Below, in pieces: positions 24,645 to 33,892 of a DNA stretch of 39,089 bases (positions are counted from its first letter, which is position 1; each line of letters starts with the position of its first letter). Origin of the DNA: Pyrinomonadaceae bacterium (GTDB taxonomy: Bacteria > Acidobacteriota > Blastocatellia > Pyrinomonadales > Pyrinomonadaceae); NCBI GenBank assembly GCA_035263325.1, contig DATFRK010000966.1, positions 1 through 39,089 on the forward strand. Reading direction: 5' to 3'. The notes under the pieces were generated by a model, which was not told where the DNA came from, searched no databases, and saw only the letters and a list, made by a program, of their open reading frames with translations. A program made the translations under genes and the position numbers.

Positions 24645-25655
24645 ATGCGCAATTTAACGCCCCGAATGCCAAACATTTTGGCAATGGTGATGTTGGCACT
24701 CCTGTTTACTGTGAGATTACCGTCGTACGGGCAACAGTCATCAGCTGTCACCAGTGGCTTGCCGGTGAATCCGAACAAGACCAACAGTGATGACGATCGT
24801 TATCGGATCGGCCCAGGCGACGTTATCGATATACGCGTTTACAACCGGCCAAACCTTTCCCGTGATGCGGTGCGAGTTGAAGGGAATGGAATGATCCGCA
24901 TGCCGCTGATCGACAGCGAAATACAGGCAGCTTGCCGGACGGAGGGTGAATTGGCCAAAGAGATTTCGACGCGTTATCTCCGGTTCTACAAGAATCTGCA
25001 AGTCGATGTCTTCATCAAGGAGTACCACGCCAGGCAAGTGGCCATAATTGGCGCGGTAAACGATCAGAGTCGCTTTGAACTGCAACGACGCGTGCGTTTG
25101 CTCGAGTTGCTCACCTATGCGAAGGGACCGTCACCCAAAGCCGGCCAGACAATCAACGTCGTGCATTCCAGTACACCATCTTTTTGCGATGCGGCGGGGA
25201 CAGAGCCGCCCAGTGACGAGGCTGCGTTTTCCAGTTACAAACTGAGCGAAACGCTGCAGGGTAATCCAAATGCCAACCCGTACGTCCAGCCGGGCGACAT
25301 CGTCACGATTCCAGAAGCAGACCAAGTCTATATAGTTGGCAATGTTAACTTTCCCATCACGATTCCGCTAAAGGAACCGATCACGCTTTCCCAGGCCATT
25401 GCCATGGCTGGCGGCGTCAAGCAGGACACTAAGAAAGACAAGATTCGCATCGTCAGGCAGGAGACAGGCTCCGCCACGAAGCAGGAGTTGATTGTCGATC
25501 TGACGGCGATCGAGAAGAAACGAGCACAGGATCTCGCGTTACTACCGAACGACATCATCGACGTGCCAACGTCAGCGGGCAAAAGTTTTCTGCGCAGCCT
25601 GCTGGGTGGGGTTGTTCCTGGCGTGGCCCAGTTGCCGGTCCGCGTCATTCCCTGA
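24645..25655 (+). CDS. wza: Outer-membrane polysaccharide export protein (OPX, Wza-like; Poly_export + SLBB domains)
   Basis: 336 aa with a signal peptide. The Poly_export signature is YRIGPGDVIDIRVYNRPNLSRDAVRVEGNGMIRMPLI. SLBB-like segments are QVAIIGAVN... and YVQPGDIVTIPE..VYIVGNVNFP...TLSQAIAMAGG. Confidence 0.85.
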   Translation: MRNLTPRMPNILAMVMLALLFTVRLPSYGQQSSAVTSGLPVNPNKTNSDDDRYRIGPGDVIDIRVYNRPNLSRDAVRVEGNGMIRMPLIDSEIQAACRTEGELAKEISTRYLRFYKNLQVDVFIKEYHARQVAIIGAVNDQSRFELQRRVRLLELLTYAKGPSPKAGQTINVVHSSTPSFCDAAGTEPPSDEAAFSSYKLSETLQGNPNANPYVQPGDIVTIPEADQVYIVGNVNFPITIPLKEPITLSQAIAMAGGVKQDTKKDKIRIVRQETGSATKQELIVDLTAIEKKRAQDLALLPNDIIDVPTSAGKSFLRSLLGGVVPGVAQLPVRVIP

Positions 25656-25697
25656 TGCCAGGGGCCTGGCCAATCGCAGTGTGAGATTGAAGGATTT

Positions 25698-28115
25698 ATG
25701 AAACCCACTAACGAACTTGTCAAACGAGAGCTCGAGTCGTCACCGCTCGAAAGGCCTATCGACGTCACGCCACCTTCTTATAATTATGGCGTCGATCCCA
25801 ACGCCGACAATGACGTTCATCTGCTGGACTACTGGCGAGCGCTCAGAAAGCGGGTGTGGCTCATCGTTGGCATCATCGCATTGGTGACCTCGCTTTCGAT
25901 TGTTTACGTGGCCCGAAAGCCAGACGTGTTCGAAGCGCAAGCGCGGGTACAGGTCAATCTCGAGAACAACAATCCAGCGTTACCCGACAAAGCTTCTTAC
26001 TACTACGGTTCATCCGACGACCCCGTCTATTTCAATACTCAGCTGCAGATCCTGGTTAGTCCAGGCCTCATCCGCCGAGTAGTCAGGACACTGGATCTCG
26101 AACACAACCCGGATTTTCTGAAAGGGAATCCAGCTCAAAGAAGATCCGCCTGGCAAACCGTGTTGCAGATGGTGGGGCTTCGTCATGCAGAGCCACCCGC
26201 CGGAAATAAGCCAGCGGACACGTTGCCACTGACAACGTCGGTGGCCGAAGCCTCTTCTCGCGAAGACCTGAACGAGGCGAAGCGTTTGGCGCCGTACGTC
26301 TCCTCGATTCTCGGATCTTTGAATGTTGAACCGGTGAAAGAGAATCGCGGCTTCTACAAGGAGACCCGCCTAATCGATATCACCTTTCAGCACATCGATC
26401 CGCAAGTGGCTGCGAAAGTAGTTAACGCTGTCGCCGAGACCTACATCTTTGCCAACCTCGAGAAGAACACCGAGACAAATAGTAGTACCGGCGACTTCCT
26501 CCAAAAACGGATCGCCGAACTGCAGCAACAGATTCGCGCTGATGAGGAACGCTTGGTTAATTACGCCAAGAACAACCAGATCATTTCGTTGGACGCCAGT
26601 CAAAACACGGTGGTTGAACGACTGGCAGGACTCAATCGCCAACTGCTCGAAGCGGAGAACGAACGGAAAACAGCGGAAGCGGCTTTCAACGCCGCCAAGG
26701 CTCCCGGAGCAGCCAACGCGTTAGCGGACGCCGATGCGAAACAGGCAAGCGATCTGGAGGCAAAGATAACTGACCTGCGCCAGAAACGCGCCCAACTCCT
26801 GGTTGATGCAACTGAGGAGGCGCCGGAAGTTAAGGAAGTTGACCAACAGATCGCCGTCCTGGATGGACAGCTCAAGGAGCTGCGTGTTCGCAAGACCACC
26901 ACGCTATTGACGAATCTGGACACCACCTATCGCCAAACCCTCGAGCGTGAACAGGCCCTGCGTAAGTCATTTGATCAACAACGGGCGGAGACGCTCACGC
27001 AAAACGAAGCGGCGATCAATTACCGCATCATTCAACAGGAGATCGAAACCAATAAGACGCTGCTGACCAACCTGCTGCAACGTTCGAAAGAGAACGATGT
27101 AGTGCTCGCCGGCAAGTCAAATAACATTTCCATTGTTGACTATGCACTCGCGCCGGATACCGCAGTGGGACCCAACCGCACTCGTGGCGTTTTTATAGCT
27201 TTCTTTTTGTCGATTGGCCTGGGAGTCGGACTGGCGTTGTTTCTCGAATACCTGGACGACAGCGTGCGTTCAACCGAGGACGTGGAACGACTACTGCATT
27301 TGCCGGCCCTGGCAGTGATTCCGTCGATGGGTGGCGTTGCGCGCCGGCGAGTTTTGCCGGGCGGGACGGCGTTGCAGAAGCGCGCTACTAACGGGAATGG
27401 TCGAGAAAATCCGGAACTGCTGATGAACGTTGATGGCCGGTCGCCGCTGGCGGAATCCTATCGCCACTTGCGCACCTCTGTTTTGCTATCGACCGCCGGC
27501 CGCGCGCCCAAGTCGTTGTTGGTTACCTCGAGTTTGCCGGGCGAGGGCAAGACGACGACCGCAGTAAACACAGCCATCAGTTTGGTCCAAACAGGATCGG
27601 AAGTCGTGATTATTGACGCCGACATGCGCCGTCCACGCTTACAGTCCATTTTTGGCATGCGTGGCCAGTTGGGACTGAGTTCGATTCTTTCCAGTGACGT
27701 CACGGAAGAGGAGATGGTCGCAATGGTCGGTCGAGACAACGCGACCGGACTAAACGTGTTGACGTCCGGGCCTATTCCACCAAACCCCGCCGAACTCCTG
27801 GGATCCGACCAAATGCGCAAACTGTTGCTGGCGTTGCAGGGAAAGTTTACCCACGTCGTGGTCGATTCTCCGCCTGTCAGCTCATTCACCGATGGTGTGT
27901 TGATTTCAACCATGGTCGACGGCGTCTTGCTGGTGGTGCACGGCGGCAAGAGTTCTCGTCACATTGTGCGGCGCTCGCGTCAATTGCTGCAGGATGTTGG
28001 CGCCAAGGTCTTTGGGGTGGTGCTCAATAACACCGCGATCGAATCACACGATTACTACTACCAGCGCTACTACAGTCAAAAGCACTACGATCAGGAAGAA
28101 GCATCAGAGGCGTAG
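25698..28115 (+). CDS. wzc: Polysaccharide co-polymerase / tyrosine autokinase (PCP-2a, Wzc/GumC-like)
   Basis: 805 aa. The N-terminal Wzz-like region has a TM helix (VWLIVGIIALVTSLSIVYV). A long coiled-coil periplasmic region and a second TM follow. The kinase has Walker A SSLPGEGKTTTAVNTA, A' VIIDADMRRP and B VVVDSPPV. The C-terminal Tyr cluster DYYYQRYYSQKHY (six Tyr) is at 28053..28088. Confidence 0.9.
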   Translation: MKPTNELVKRELESSPLERPIDVTPPSYNYGVDPNADNDVHLLDYWRALRKRVWLIVGIIALVTSLSIVYVARKPDVFEAQARVQVNLENNNPALPDKASYYYGSSDDPVYFNTQLQILVSPGLIRRVVRTLDLEHNPDFLKGNPAQRRSAWQTVLQMVGLRHAEPPAGNKPADTLPLTTSVAEASSREDLNEAKRLAPYVSSILGSLNVEPVKENRGFYKETRLIDITFQHIDPQVAAKVVNAVAETYIFANLEKNTETNSSTGDFLQKRIAELQQQIRADEERLVNYAKNNQIISLDASQNTVVERLAGLNRQLLEAENERKTAEAAFNAAKAPGAANALADADAKQASDLEAKITDLRQKRAQLLVDATEEAPEVKEVDQQIAVLDGQLKELRVRKTTTLLTNLDTTYRQTLEREQALRKSFDQQRAETLTQNEAAINYRIIQQEIETNKTLLTNLLQRSKENDVVLAGKSNNISIVDYALAPDTAVGPNRTRGVFIAFFLSIGLGVGLALFLEYLDDSVRSTEDVERLLHLPALAVIPSMGGVARRRVLPGGTALQKRATNGNGRENPELLMNVDGRSPLAESYRHLRTSVLLSTAGRAPKSLLVTSSLPGEGKTTTAVNTAISLVQTGSEVVIIDADMRRPRLQSIFGMRGQLGLSSILSSDVTEEEMVAMVGRDNATGLNVLTSGPIPPNPAELLGSDQMRKLLLALQGKFTHVVVDSPPVSSFTDGVLISTMVDGVLLVVHGGKSSRHIVRRSRQLLQDVGAKVFGVVLNNTAIESHDYYYQRYYSQKHYDQEEASEA

Positions 28116-28161
28116 TCGACTCTCTCCTATATATCAATCATCATTTCTGCTTCGTCGTTCT

Positions 28162-29013
28162 ATGTCGCAGTCTGTAAGTCCCACCGAGCACGCTTTTCCC
28201 ACGTTTCGCATTGACCCGCCGAGTCGTTGGACCGCAATCGGTTTTCGCGAACTGTGGGAGTATCGCGAGCTGCTGTACTTCCTGACCTGGCGCGATATCA
28301 AAGTTCGCTACAAACAGACGGTACTGGGCGCAGCCTGGGCCATCATTCAACCGCTTTTCATGATGCTCGTTTTTAGCCTGTTCTTTGGTCGCCTCGCCAA
28401 AGTGCCTTCCGATGGAATTCCTTATCCAGTCTTCAGTTTCTGCGCCCTGTTGCCGTGGCAGTTGTTTGCTCATGCCCTTTCCGAATCGAGTGACAGTTTG
28501 GTAGGTAATCAAAATCTGATTACCAAGGTCTACTTCCCGAGACTGGTGGTACCCATTTCCGCCGTTTTAGGAGGAGTGGTCGACTTTGCCATCGCTTTCG
28601 TCATCCTGCTACTGCTGATGTTGTATTTCGGCATCGTTCCCGGATGGGCCATCGTCACCTTGCCGGGTTTCATTCTGCTGGCGATCTTGACGGCGTTGAG
28701 TGTGGGGCTGTGGTTATCGGCACTCAACGTCAAGTATCGCGACGTGCGCTACACGATGAACTTTTTGATCCAGTTCTGGCTTTTCATAACACCCGTTGCT
28801 TACCCGAGTTCGATTGTGCCGGTGCAATGGCGCGCGCTCTATGGCCTAAATCCGATGGCTGGAGTGGTGGAAGGTTTCCGTTGGGCATTGCTCGGAAAGT
28901 CGCAACCGCCTGGAGCGATGCTTTGGGTCTCTATTGTCGTTGTGCTGCTGCTCTTTGTTGGTGGTCTTTCCTACTTCCGGCGCATGGAGCAGGAGTTTGC
29001 GGACATAGTCTGA
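28162..29013 (+). CDS. wzm: ABC-2 type polysaccharide export permease (Wzm/TagG-like)
   Basis: The ORF-track start 27964 overlaps wzc. ATG 28162 (MSQSVSPTEHAF...) is the first start after the wzc stop. Contains ELWEYRELLYFLTWRDIKVRYKQTVLGAAWAIIQPL, the hallmark ABC-2 N-terminal motif, followed by six hydrophobic helices. Confidence 0.85.
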   Translation: MSQSVSPTEHAFPTFRIDPPSRWTAIGFRELWEYRELLYFLTWRDIKVRYKQTVLGAAWAIIQPLFMMLVFSLFFGRLAKVPSDGIPYPVFSFCALLPWQLFAHALSESSDSLVGNQNLITKVYFPRLVVPISAVLGGVVDFAIAFVILLLLMLYFGIVPGWAIVTLPGFILLAILTALSVGLWLSALNVKYRDVRYTMNFLIQFWLFITPVAYPSSIVPVQWRALYGLNPMAGVVEGFRWALLGKSQPPGAMLWVSIVVVLLLFVGGLSYFRRMEQEFADIV

Positions 29014-29020
29014 ACAGCCC

Positions 29021-30352
29021 ATGTCGGACATTGCCATCGACTGTAACGGAATAAGCAAACAGTATCGCATCGGCGAACAGGAGACTTACCGTGTCTTGCG
29101 CGATGTCATAGTCGAAACGGCTAAGTCACCTTTCCGCCTGCTGCGAGGCGCCTTAACGAACTCCAACGGCAATGGCCACGCACCGGCAGGTTCCGGCGCG
29201 CCTTCACACATTTGGGCCCTCAACGATGTTTCCTTTCAAGTCCAGCGTGGAGAAGTGGTGGGAATCATTGGTCCAAACGGAGCAGGGAAGAGCACGCTCT
29301 TGAAGATCCTGTCACGCATTACCAAACCGACACGGGGCCACGCCGTTATCAATGGACGCGTTGGATCTCTACTCGAAGTGGGAACCGGCTTTCATCCTGA
29401 ATTATCGGGCCGGGAAAACATCTACCTGAATGGCGCAATCCTGGGAATGCGCAAGGCCGAAATCGATCGCAAGTTCGACGAAATCGTGGCCTTCGCCGAA
29501 GTCGAGAAATTTATCGATACGCCGGTCAAGCGCTACTCGAGTGGCATGTACGTACGCCTCGCCTTTGCGGTCGCCGCGCACATGGAAACGGAAGTATTGG
29601 TAGTCGACGAAGTCCTGGCAGTCGGCGATGCTGACTTTCAGAAAAAATGCCTGGGCAAAATGGGTGACGTGGCCCGGCATGGTCGAACAGTGCTGTTCGT
29701 GAGTCACAACATGCAATCTGTCGCGCGACTTTGCCAGCGCGCACTGCTGCTGCACCAGGGGACCATTAAGGCCTCGGGTAACACCGCCGAGGTGATGGCC
29801 CAGTACCTGAGTTGTGGCCTCGGCCTGACGACGGAAAGAGTGTGGGAGGATTTAAGAACAGCTCCTGGCAACGATGTGGTGCGGCTGGAGTCGGTTCGTA
29901 TCAAGAATGCTGGCGGCCAAACCCAGGGTGTTTTCGATAGTCGACATGAGGTAGCGATTGAGATCGGCTACAGCGTGCAGCAAGAAGTAAATGACCTGGC
30001 CGCAGAGTTTGTGATTTACGACGACAGTGGAAATCTCTTGTTTACCTCAGCCAATCAGTACGACGATGACGTTTTTACCCTGCATCGAGTTGGTTCGTAC
30101 GTCACGGAATGTTGGATTCCCGGGAATCTTTTAACTGAAGGCACCTTCATGATTCGCGTCAGCATTGTGCAGATTCAGGTGCCGGTGCAAACCCACGTTT
30201 TTGAAGAAAACATCCTGGTCTTCCAGGTGGTCGACAACATGGATGGCGATTCGGCTCGCGGTCGTATCGCTCACAACTATCCAGGGTTGATTCGACCGAA
30301 GCTTGAGTGGGCCACCACCTTTAACCCTGACCGAGATAGTGCTGCTAGTTAG
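29021..30352 (+). CDS. wzt: Polysaccharide ABC exporter ATP-binding protein with C-terminal carbohydrate-binding-like domain (Wzt-like)
   Basis: Walker A GPNGAGKST, signature YSSGM, Walker B LVVDEVLAVGD, H-loop SHN. An extra ~180-aa C-terminal region (about 29813..30349) is beta-strand rich, as in the Wzt C-terminal domain. Confidence 0.9.
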   Translation: MSDIAIDCNGISKQYRIGEQETYRVLRDVIVETAKSPFRLLRGALTNSNGNGHAPAGSGAPSHIWALNDVSFQVQRGEVVGIIGPNGAGKSTLLKILSRITKPTRGHAVINGRVGSLLEVGTGFHPELSGRENIYLNGAILGMRKAEIDRKFDEIVAFAEVEKFIDTPVKRYSSGMYVRLAFAVAAHMETEVLVVDEVLAVGDADFQKKCLGKMGDVARHGRTVLFVSHNMQSVARLCQRALLLHQGTIKASGNTAEVMAQYLSCGLGLTTERVWEDLRTAPGNDVVRLESVRIKNAGGQTQGVFDSRHEVAIEIGYSVQQEVNDLAAEFVIYDDSGNLLFTSANQYDDDVFTLHRVGSYVTECWIPGNLLTEGTFMIRVSIVQIQVPVQTHVFEENILVFQVVDNMDGDSARGRIAHNYPGLIRPKLEWATTFNPDRDSAAS

Positions 30353-30373
30353 TCCCTCGATAAGGAGCAACTT

Positions 30374-31564
30374 ATGTCTGTAGCAACTGAAGAGCTTTTG
30401 GATCGGATCGACTGCCAACCGAACGGCCACGACCAGGTCAAACACCTGCTGTCGGGCGGTGGCGATGCGATACCACTCTTTAAAGTGCACCTCAATGAGA
30501 GTCTTTTGGCGCCGCTGGCAAACACCTTGTTGAGTGGCTATATCGGTCAAGGTCCGCGCGTCGAAGAGTTCGAACAGGCGCTGGGTCCATGGTTTGGCAA
30601 TCAGAATGTGCTCAGCGTCAACTCGGGAACGTCCGCCCTGCAACTGGCATTGCGCCTCGCGAACGTCGCGCCAGGTGATGAAGTGATCACCAGCCCCATG
30701 ACTTGTACGGCGACAAACGTTCCCATCATGGCGGCCCACGCGAAGATTGTCTGGGCCGACATAGATCCCGCGACCGGAAACATCGACGCCCTCGATGTTG
30801 AGCGGAAGATTACGAAAAAGACGAAGGCGGTTGTCGCAGTGCACTGGGGCGGATACCCGGCGGACATTGAGTACCTCGATCGCATCGGCAAAGAATACAA
30901 CGTGAGCATAATCGAGGATGCGGCGCACGCCTTTGGCGCTTCTTACAAGGGACAACCAATTGGTAGTCACTCTGATTTTGTCTGCTTCTCCTTCCAGGCA
31001 ATTAAACATTTGACGACTGTGGATGGAGGCGCCTTGGTTTGTCGCGATACTGAATCCTACAAACGGGGCAAGTTGTTACGCTGGTATGGGATCGATCGCG
31101 AATCAGAGCGTAAGGATTTTCGCTGTGAAGAAGACGTCAAGGAGTGGGGCTACAAGTTCCACATGAACGACGTGGCCGCCACCATCGGCTTGAATCAACT
31201 CGGTTTTGTGCGCGAAATACTTGAGCGACATCGTGACAACGCAAACTATTACCGGGAACGTTTTGCGAATCTCCGGCGACTGAGGTTGTTGGACTACGCC
31301 CCTGACCGGCAAAGTTCTTACTGGCTGTTTACGGTACGCGTTAAGGATCGCCCGCATTTTATGGAAGCGATGAAAGACGCCGGTGTGGTTGTATCGCAAG
31401 TGCATGCGCGCAACGATGCCCACACGATGTTCAGTGAGTTTCAGCGAAACCTGCCAGGCGTCAATGAATTTACTGCCGAACAAGTTTCAATTCCCGTGGG
31501 TTGGTGGTTGAGTTCTGAACAGCGCGAGCACATTGCCGATTCAGTCGAACGTCTCACCCGATAA
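30374..31564 (+). CDS. DegT/DnrJ/EryC1/StrS family PLP-dependent sugar aminotransferase
   Basis: 396 aa. Contains GPRVEEFEQAL, NSGTSALQLALR, IIEDAAHAFGA and the catalytic-lysine context FSFQAIKHLTT. AAGGAG lies 7 nt upstream of the ATG. Confidence 0.85.
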   Translation: MSVATEELLDRIDCQPNGHDQVKHLLSGGGDAIPLFKVHLNESLLAPLANTLLSGYIGQGPRVEEFEQALGPWFGNQNVLSVNSGTSALQLALRLANVAPGDEVITSPMTCTATNVPIMAAHAKIVWADIDPATGNIDALDVERKITKKTKAVVAVHWGGYPADIEYLDRIGKEYNVSIIEDAAHAFGASYKGQPIGSHSDFVCFSFQAIKHLTTVDGGALVCRDTESYKRGKLLRWYGIDRESERKDFRCEEDVKEWGYKFHMNDVAATIGLNQLGFVREILERHRDNANYYRERFANLRRLRLLDYAPDRQSSYWLFTVRVKDRPHFMEAMKDAGVVVSQVHARNDAHTMFSEFQRNLPGVNEFTAEQVSIPVGWWLSSEQREHIADSVERLTR

Positions 31565-32068
31565 GTGGACTATTCCTTCCAACTAGTTGCCAGCCTGAAA
31601 GACGTGATGCGGGTTCGCTCAATAAGGAATTCGTGTCGGCAAAACTTGACCAATCACAGTGCTTACATCTCCAGGCTGCAGCAGTTCCGCTGGTACTTCC
31701 GCACCTATAGGGCAAAACAAAAGAGCGGTGAGTTCAGGTTGTATCTCTTGACCGACGAGAAAAATATGCCCCTCGCTTATGGAGCCTTAGCGCTGGACCA
31801 CGGCAAGCTTTTGGTTACGGAGTGTGTGGCCAGGGAACACAGAAACAAGGGAATTGGTACGCTGGTGCTCGATCGCCTGCTGCGGATCGCGGCCACTGAA
31901 AACCGGCCACTGCTGGCCGAAATCCTGGCAAGCAACGCAGCCTCAATCGCTCTGCATGAAAAAGCAGGTTTCCACCTCGAGTCAGTGTTTGAGAGTGATG
32001 GTCGACAGCTCAAACGTTACGTTAGAGGTCACGACACCGCGTTAAATCGGATCTTTCGTCTTGCCTAA
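31565..32068 (+). CDS. GNAT family N-acetyltransferase
   Basis: 167 aa with a GTG start immediately after the aminotransferase stop. The acetyl-CoA motif-A-like sequence is REHRNKGIGTLVLDRLL, followed by NAASIALHEKAGF. Confidence 0.65.
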   Translation: MDYSFQLVASLKDVMRVRSIRNSCRQNLTNHSAYISRLQQFRWYFRTYRAKQKSGEFRLYLLTDEKNMPLAYGALALDHGKLLVTECVAREHRNKGIGTLVLDRLLRIAATENRPLLAEILASNAASIALHEKAGFHLESVFESDGRQLKRYVRGHDTALNRIFRLA

Positions 32069-33056
32069 AGTCAGCGTCATCACTGCGGCCTATAACCACG
32101 TGCAGTTCATTCGGCAGTCCGTCGAAAGCGTACAGGCCCAAACCTATCGCGACTTCGAGCACATCGTCATTGACGACGGATCAAGTGATGGCACAGCAAC
32201 CATCCTGGAAAGCTTTGGCAATCAGATTAGTTATGTGCGCCAGGAAAATAGTGGTGCACATGCATCGATCAACCGGGGAATTCGCATGTCGTCGGGTGAG
32301 TACATCGCGGTGGTGGATTCAGACGATGCGTGGTTACCAAACAAGCTTGAGCTTCAGGTGGCGATGCTCGAGGCAGCGCCAGACGCTGGCATGGTCTATT
32401 CGTTGGCATATTTCATCGACAGTGATGGCAATCGTCATGATGAATCATGGTTGATGGGAACGCCGTTCGACGATGCGTCCCAAATCTTCGAAGAGCTGCT
32501 ACAGCGCAACCGGATACCGGTAGTTACCGCTTTGATGAGACGAAAGTGCCTGGACGACGTGGGCTTTTTTAGCGAGAAGTTCAAGGCGTTGTCAGATTGG
32601 GATCTTTGGTTGAGATTTTGTCTCAAGTATCCCGTGCTGTTCATTCCTGAGATGTTGGCTCTCTATCGAGTACACCAGACAAATTCCTGGCACGAACTTT
32701 CAGGTAATGGAAGAGTGGCGAAGGAAAGGTTGATGTTGTTGCGAAATGCGGGCGCCAATCTTCCGGGCAGTATGCTTGACGACCCTGTGCGGCGCAGAAA
32801 GATTCGGTTGGCGTTTGGCGATTGTGTTTTGTACGCAACTTACGACGACCTGCGCCACCATCGTTACAACAGGGCTCTGCAGTATCTGTTCTTCGCCGGC
32901 AAACTCCGGCCGACTTTTCTGGTGGATGTACTGCTTGCAGCCCGCAGCCATCCAACCTTGCTAAAAGAGCTAAAGGTACTGAGCGTTGGACCAAAGGCGG
33001 TGCTTGGAAACCGCGGCCTGGAAATGCTCCAAAGCGTACGCCGATTGCTTAACTAG
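32061..33056 (+). CDS. GT2 family glycosyltransferase
   Basis: TTG start overlapping the GNAT gene by 8 nt. Contains VSVITAAYNH, IVIDDGSSDGT and VDSDDAW (DxD). Confidence 0.85.
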   Translation: MPKVSVITAAYNHVQFIRQSVESVQAQTYRDFEHIVIDDGSSDGTATILESFGNQISYVRQENSGAHASINRGIRMSSGEYIAVVDSDDAWLPNKLELQVAMLEAAPDAGMVYSLAYFIDSDGNRHDESWLMGTPFDDASQIFEELLQRNRIPVVTALMRRKCLDDVGFFSEKFKALSDWDLWLRFCLKYPVLFIPEMLALYRVHQTNSWHELSGNGRVAKERLMLLRNAGANLPGSMLDDPVRRRKIRLAFGDCVLYATYDDLRHHRYNRALQYLFFAGKLRPTFLVDVLLAARSHPTLLKELKVLSVGPKAVLGNRGLEMLQSVRRLLN

Positions 33057-33058
33057 TC

Positions 33059-33892
33059 ATGCCCTTGAGACAAGTAATGCGGAAACTTGGTGTTGGACCA
33101 GTAGTACTTAACTACGTGATCACACCTGCGCAGAAGTTAGCGAAAATGCGCTTGCCGGATCGAGATGTCACGGTCGAAAGCCTGGGTAATCAACTGCTGG
33201 TCTTCAGTCCGCGGAAGAACTTCATCGGTAGCGCGCTTTATCGCACTGGCGTTTGGGAGCCGGCCGTGACAGCTGCAATCGCCGAGCTGACCCGACCGGG
33301 CATGGTGGCGTTGGACGTAGGAGCTGATATTGGTTACTACACGCTGCAACTCAGCCGGCTGGTTGGTCCAACGGGGCAGGTGGTGGCTTTTGAACCGATA
33401 CCAAAGGCCCGCGAACGTCTGGAACACAATATCAGCACCAATGGGTGCCTGAACATCGTCGTCTCCGAACTCGCCCTGGGAAACCAGGACGGCACAGTCT
33501 ATCTCGAAGATCCATTCAAAAAGTCGCGTCTGAATCTGAACAAAACAACCGCCGGTGATGAGGACATCAAAGTTACGATTTGCCGTTTAGATGATCTCGC
33601 CGGCGACCTGAAGCTGACTTCAGTGGACCTTGTGAAAATTGATGTTGAAGGCGCAGAACACGAAGTCCTGCGGGGGATGGAGCAGACTCTGAGAAGATTT
33701 CGTCCGCTGCTGGTTATCGAAGTGCATCACCAGTTTTTGCCACAGTTTGGCAGCAGCGCAGAAGCGTTGCTCGAGTGGATCGCCGGGCTTGGCTACGAGA
33801 TCAACTCAGTGGAGCCTGAAGCAGTCACCGATAACGTCGTAACGTCAACTGTGTGCTGTAGAGCTGGCGTAGCCCAGGGAAATCAAGTCTAG
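33059..33892 (+). CDS. FkbM family methyltransferase
   Basis: 277 aa. Contains ALDVGADIGYYTL (SAM motif), VVAFEP and VDLVKIDVEGAEHEVLRGM, which are typical of FkbM. Confidence 0.8.
   Translation: MPLRQVMRKLGVGPVVLNYVITPAQKLAKMRLPDRDVTVESLGNQLLVFSPRKNFIGSALYRTGVWEPAVTAAIAELTRPGMVALDVGADIGYYTLQLSRLVGPTGQVVAFEPIPKARERLEHNISTNGCLNIVVSELALGNQDGTVYLEDPFKKSRLNLNKTTAGDEDIKVTICRLDDLAGDLKLTSVDLVKIDVEGAEHEVLRGMEQTLRRFRPLLVIEVHHQFLPQFGSSAEALLEWIAGLGYEINSVEPEAVTDNVVTSTVCCRAGVAQGNQV

Noticed and set aside
24703-24719. TGGCAC-N5-TTTAC, a sigma-54-like -24/-12 pattern
   Set aside because: It lies inside the wza coding sequence (signal-peptide region) and the -12 element deviates from TTGC. It is most likely a chance match.
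30131-31009. 292-aa minus-strand ORF antisense to the wzt 3' end and the aminotransferase gene. Similar long antisense ORFs occur at 2723..3388, 5407..5994, 27458..27949 and 36815..37363.
   Set aside because: Each is antisense to a gene with strong family motifs. They have no start context or domain signatures, and their composition is typical of shadow ORFs.
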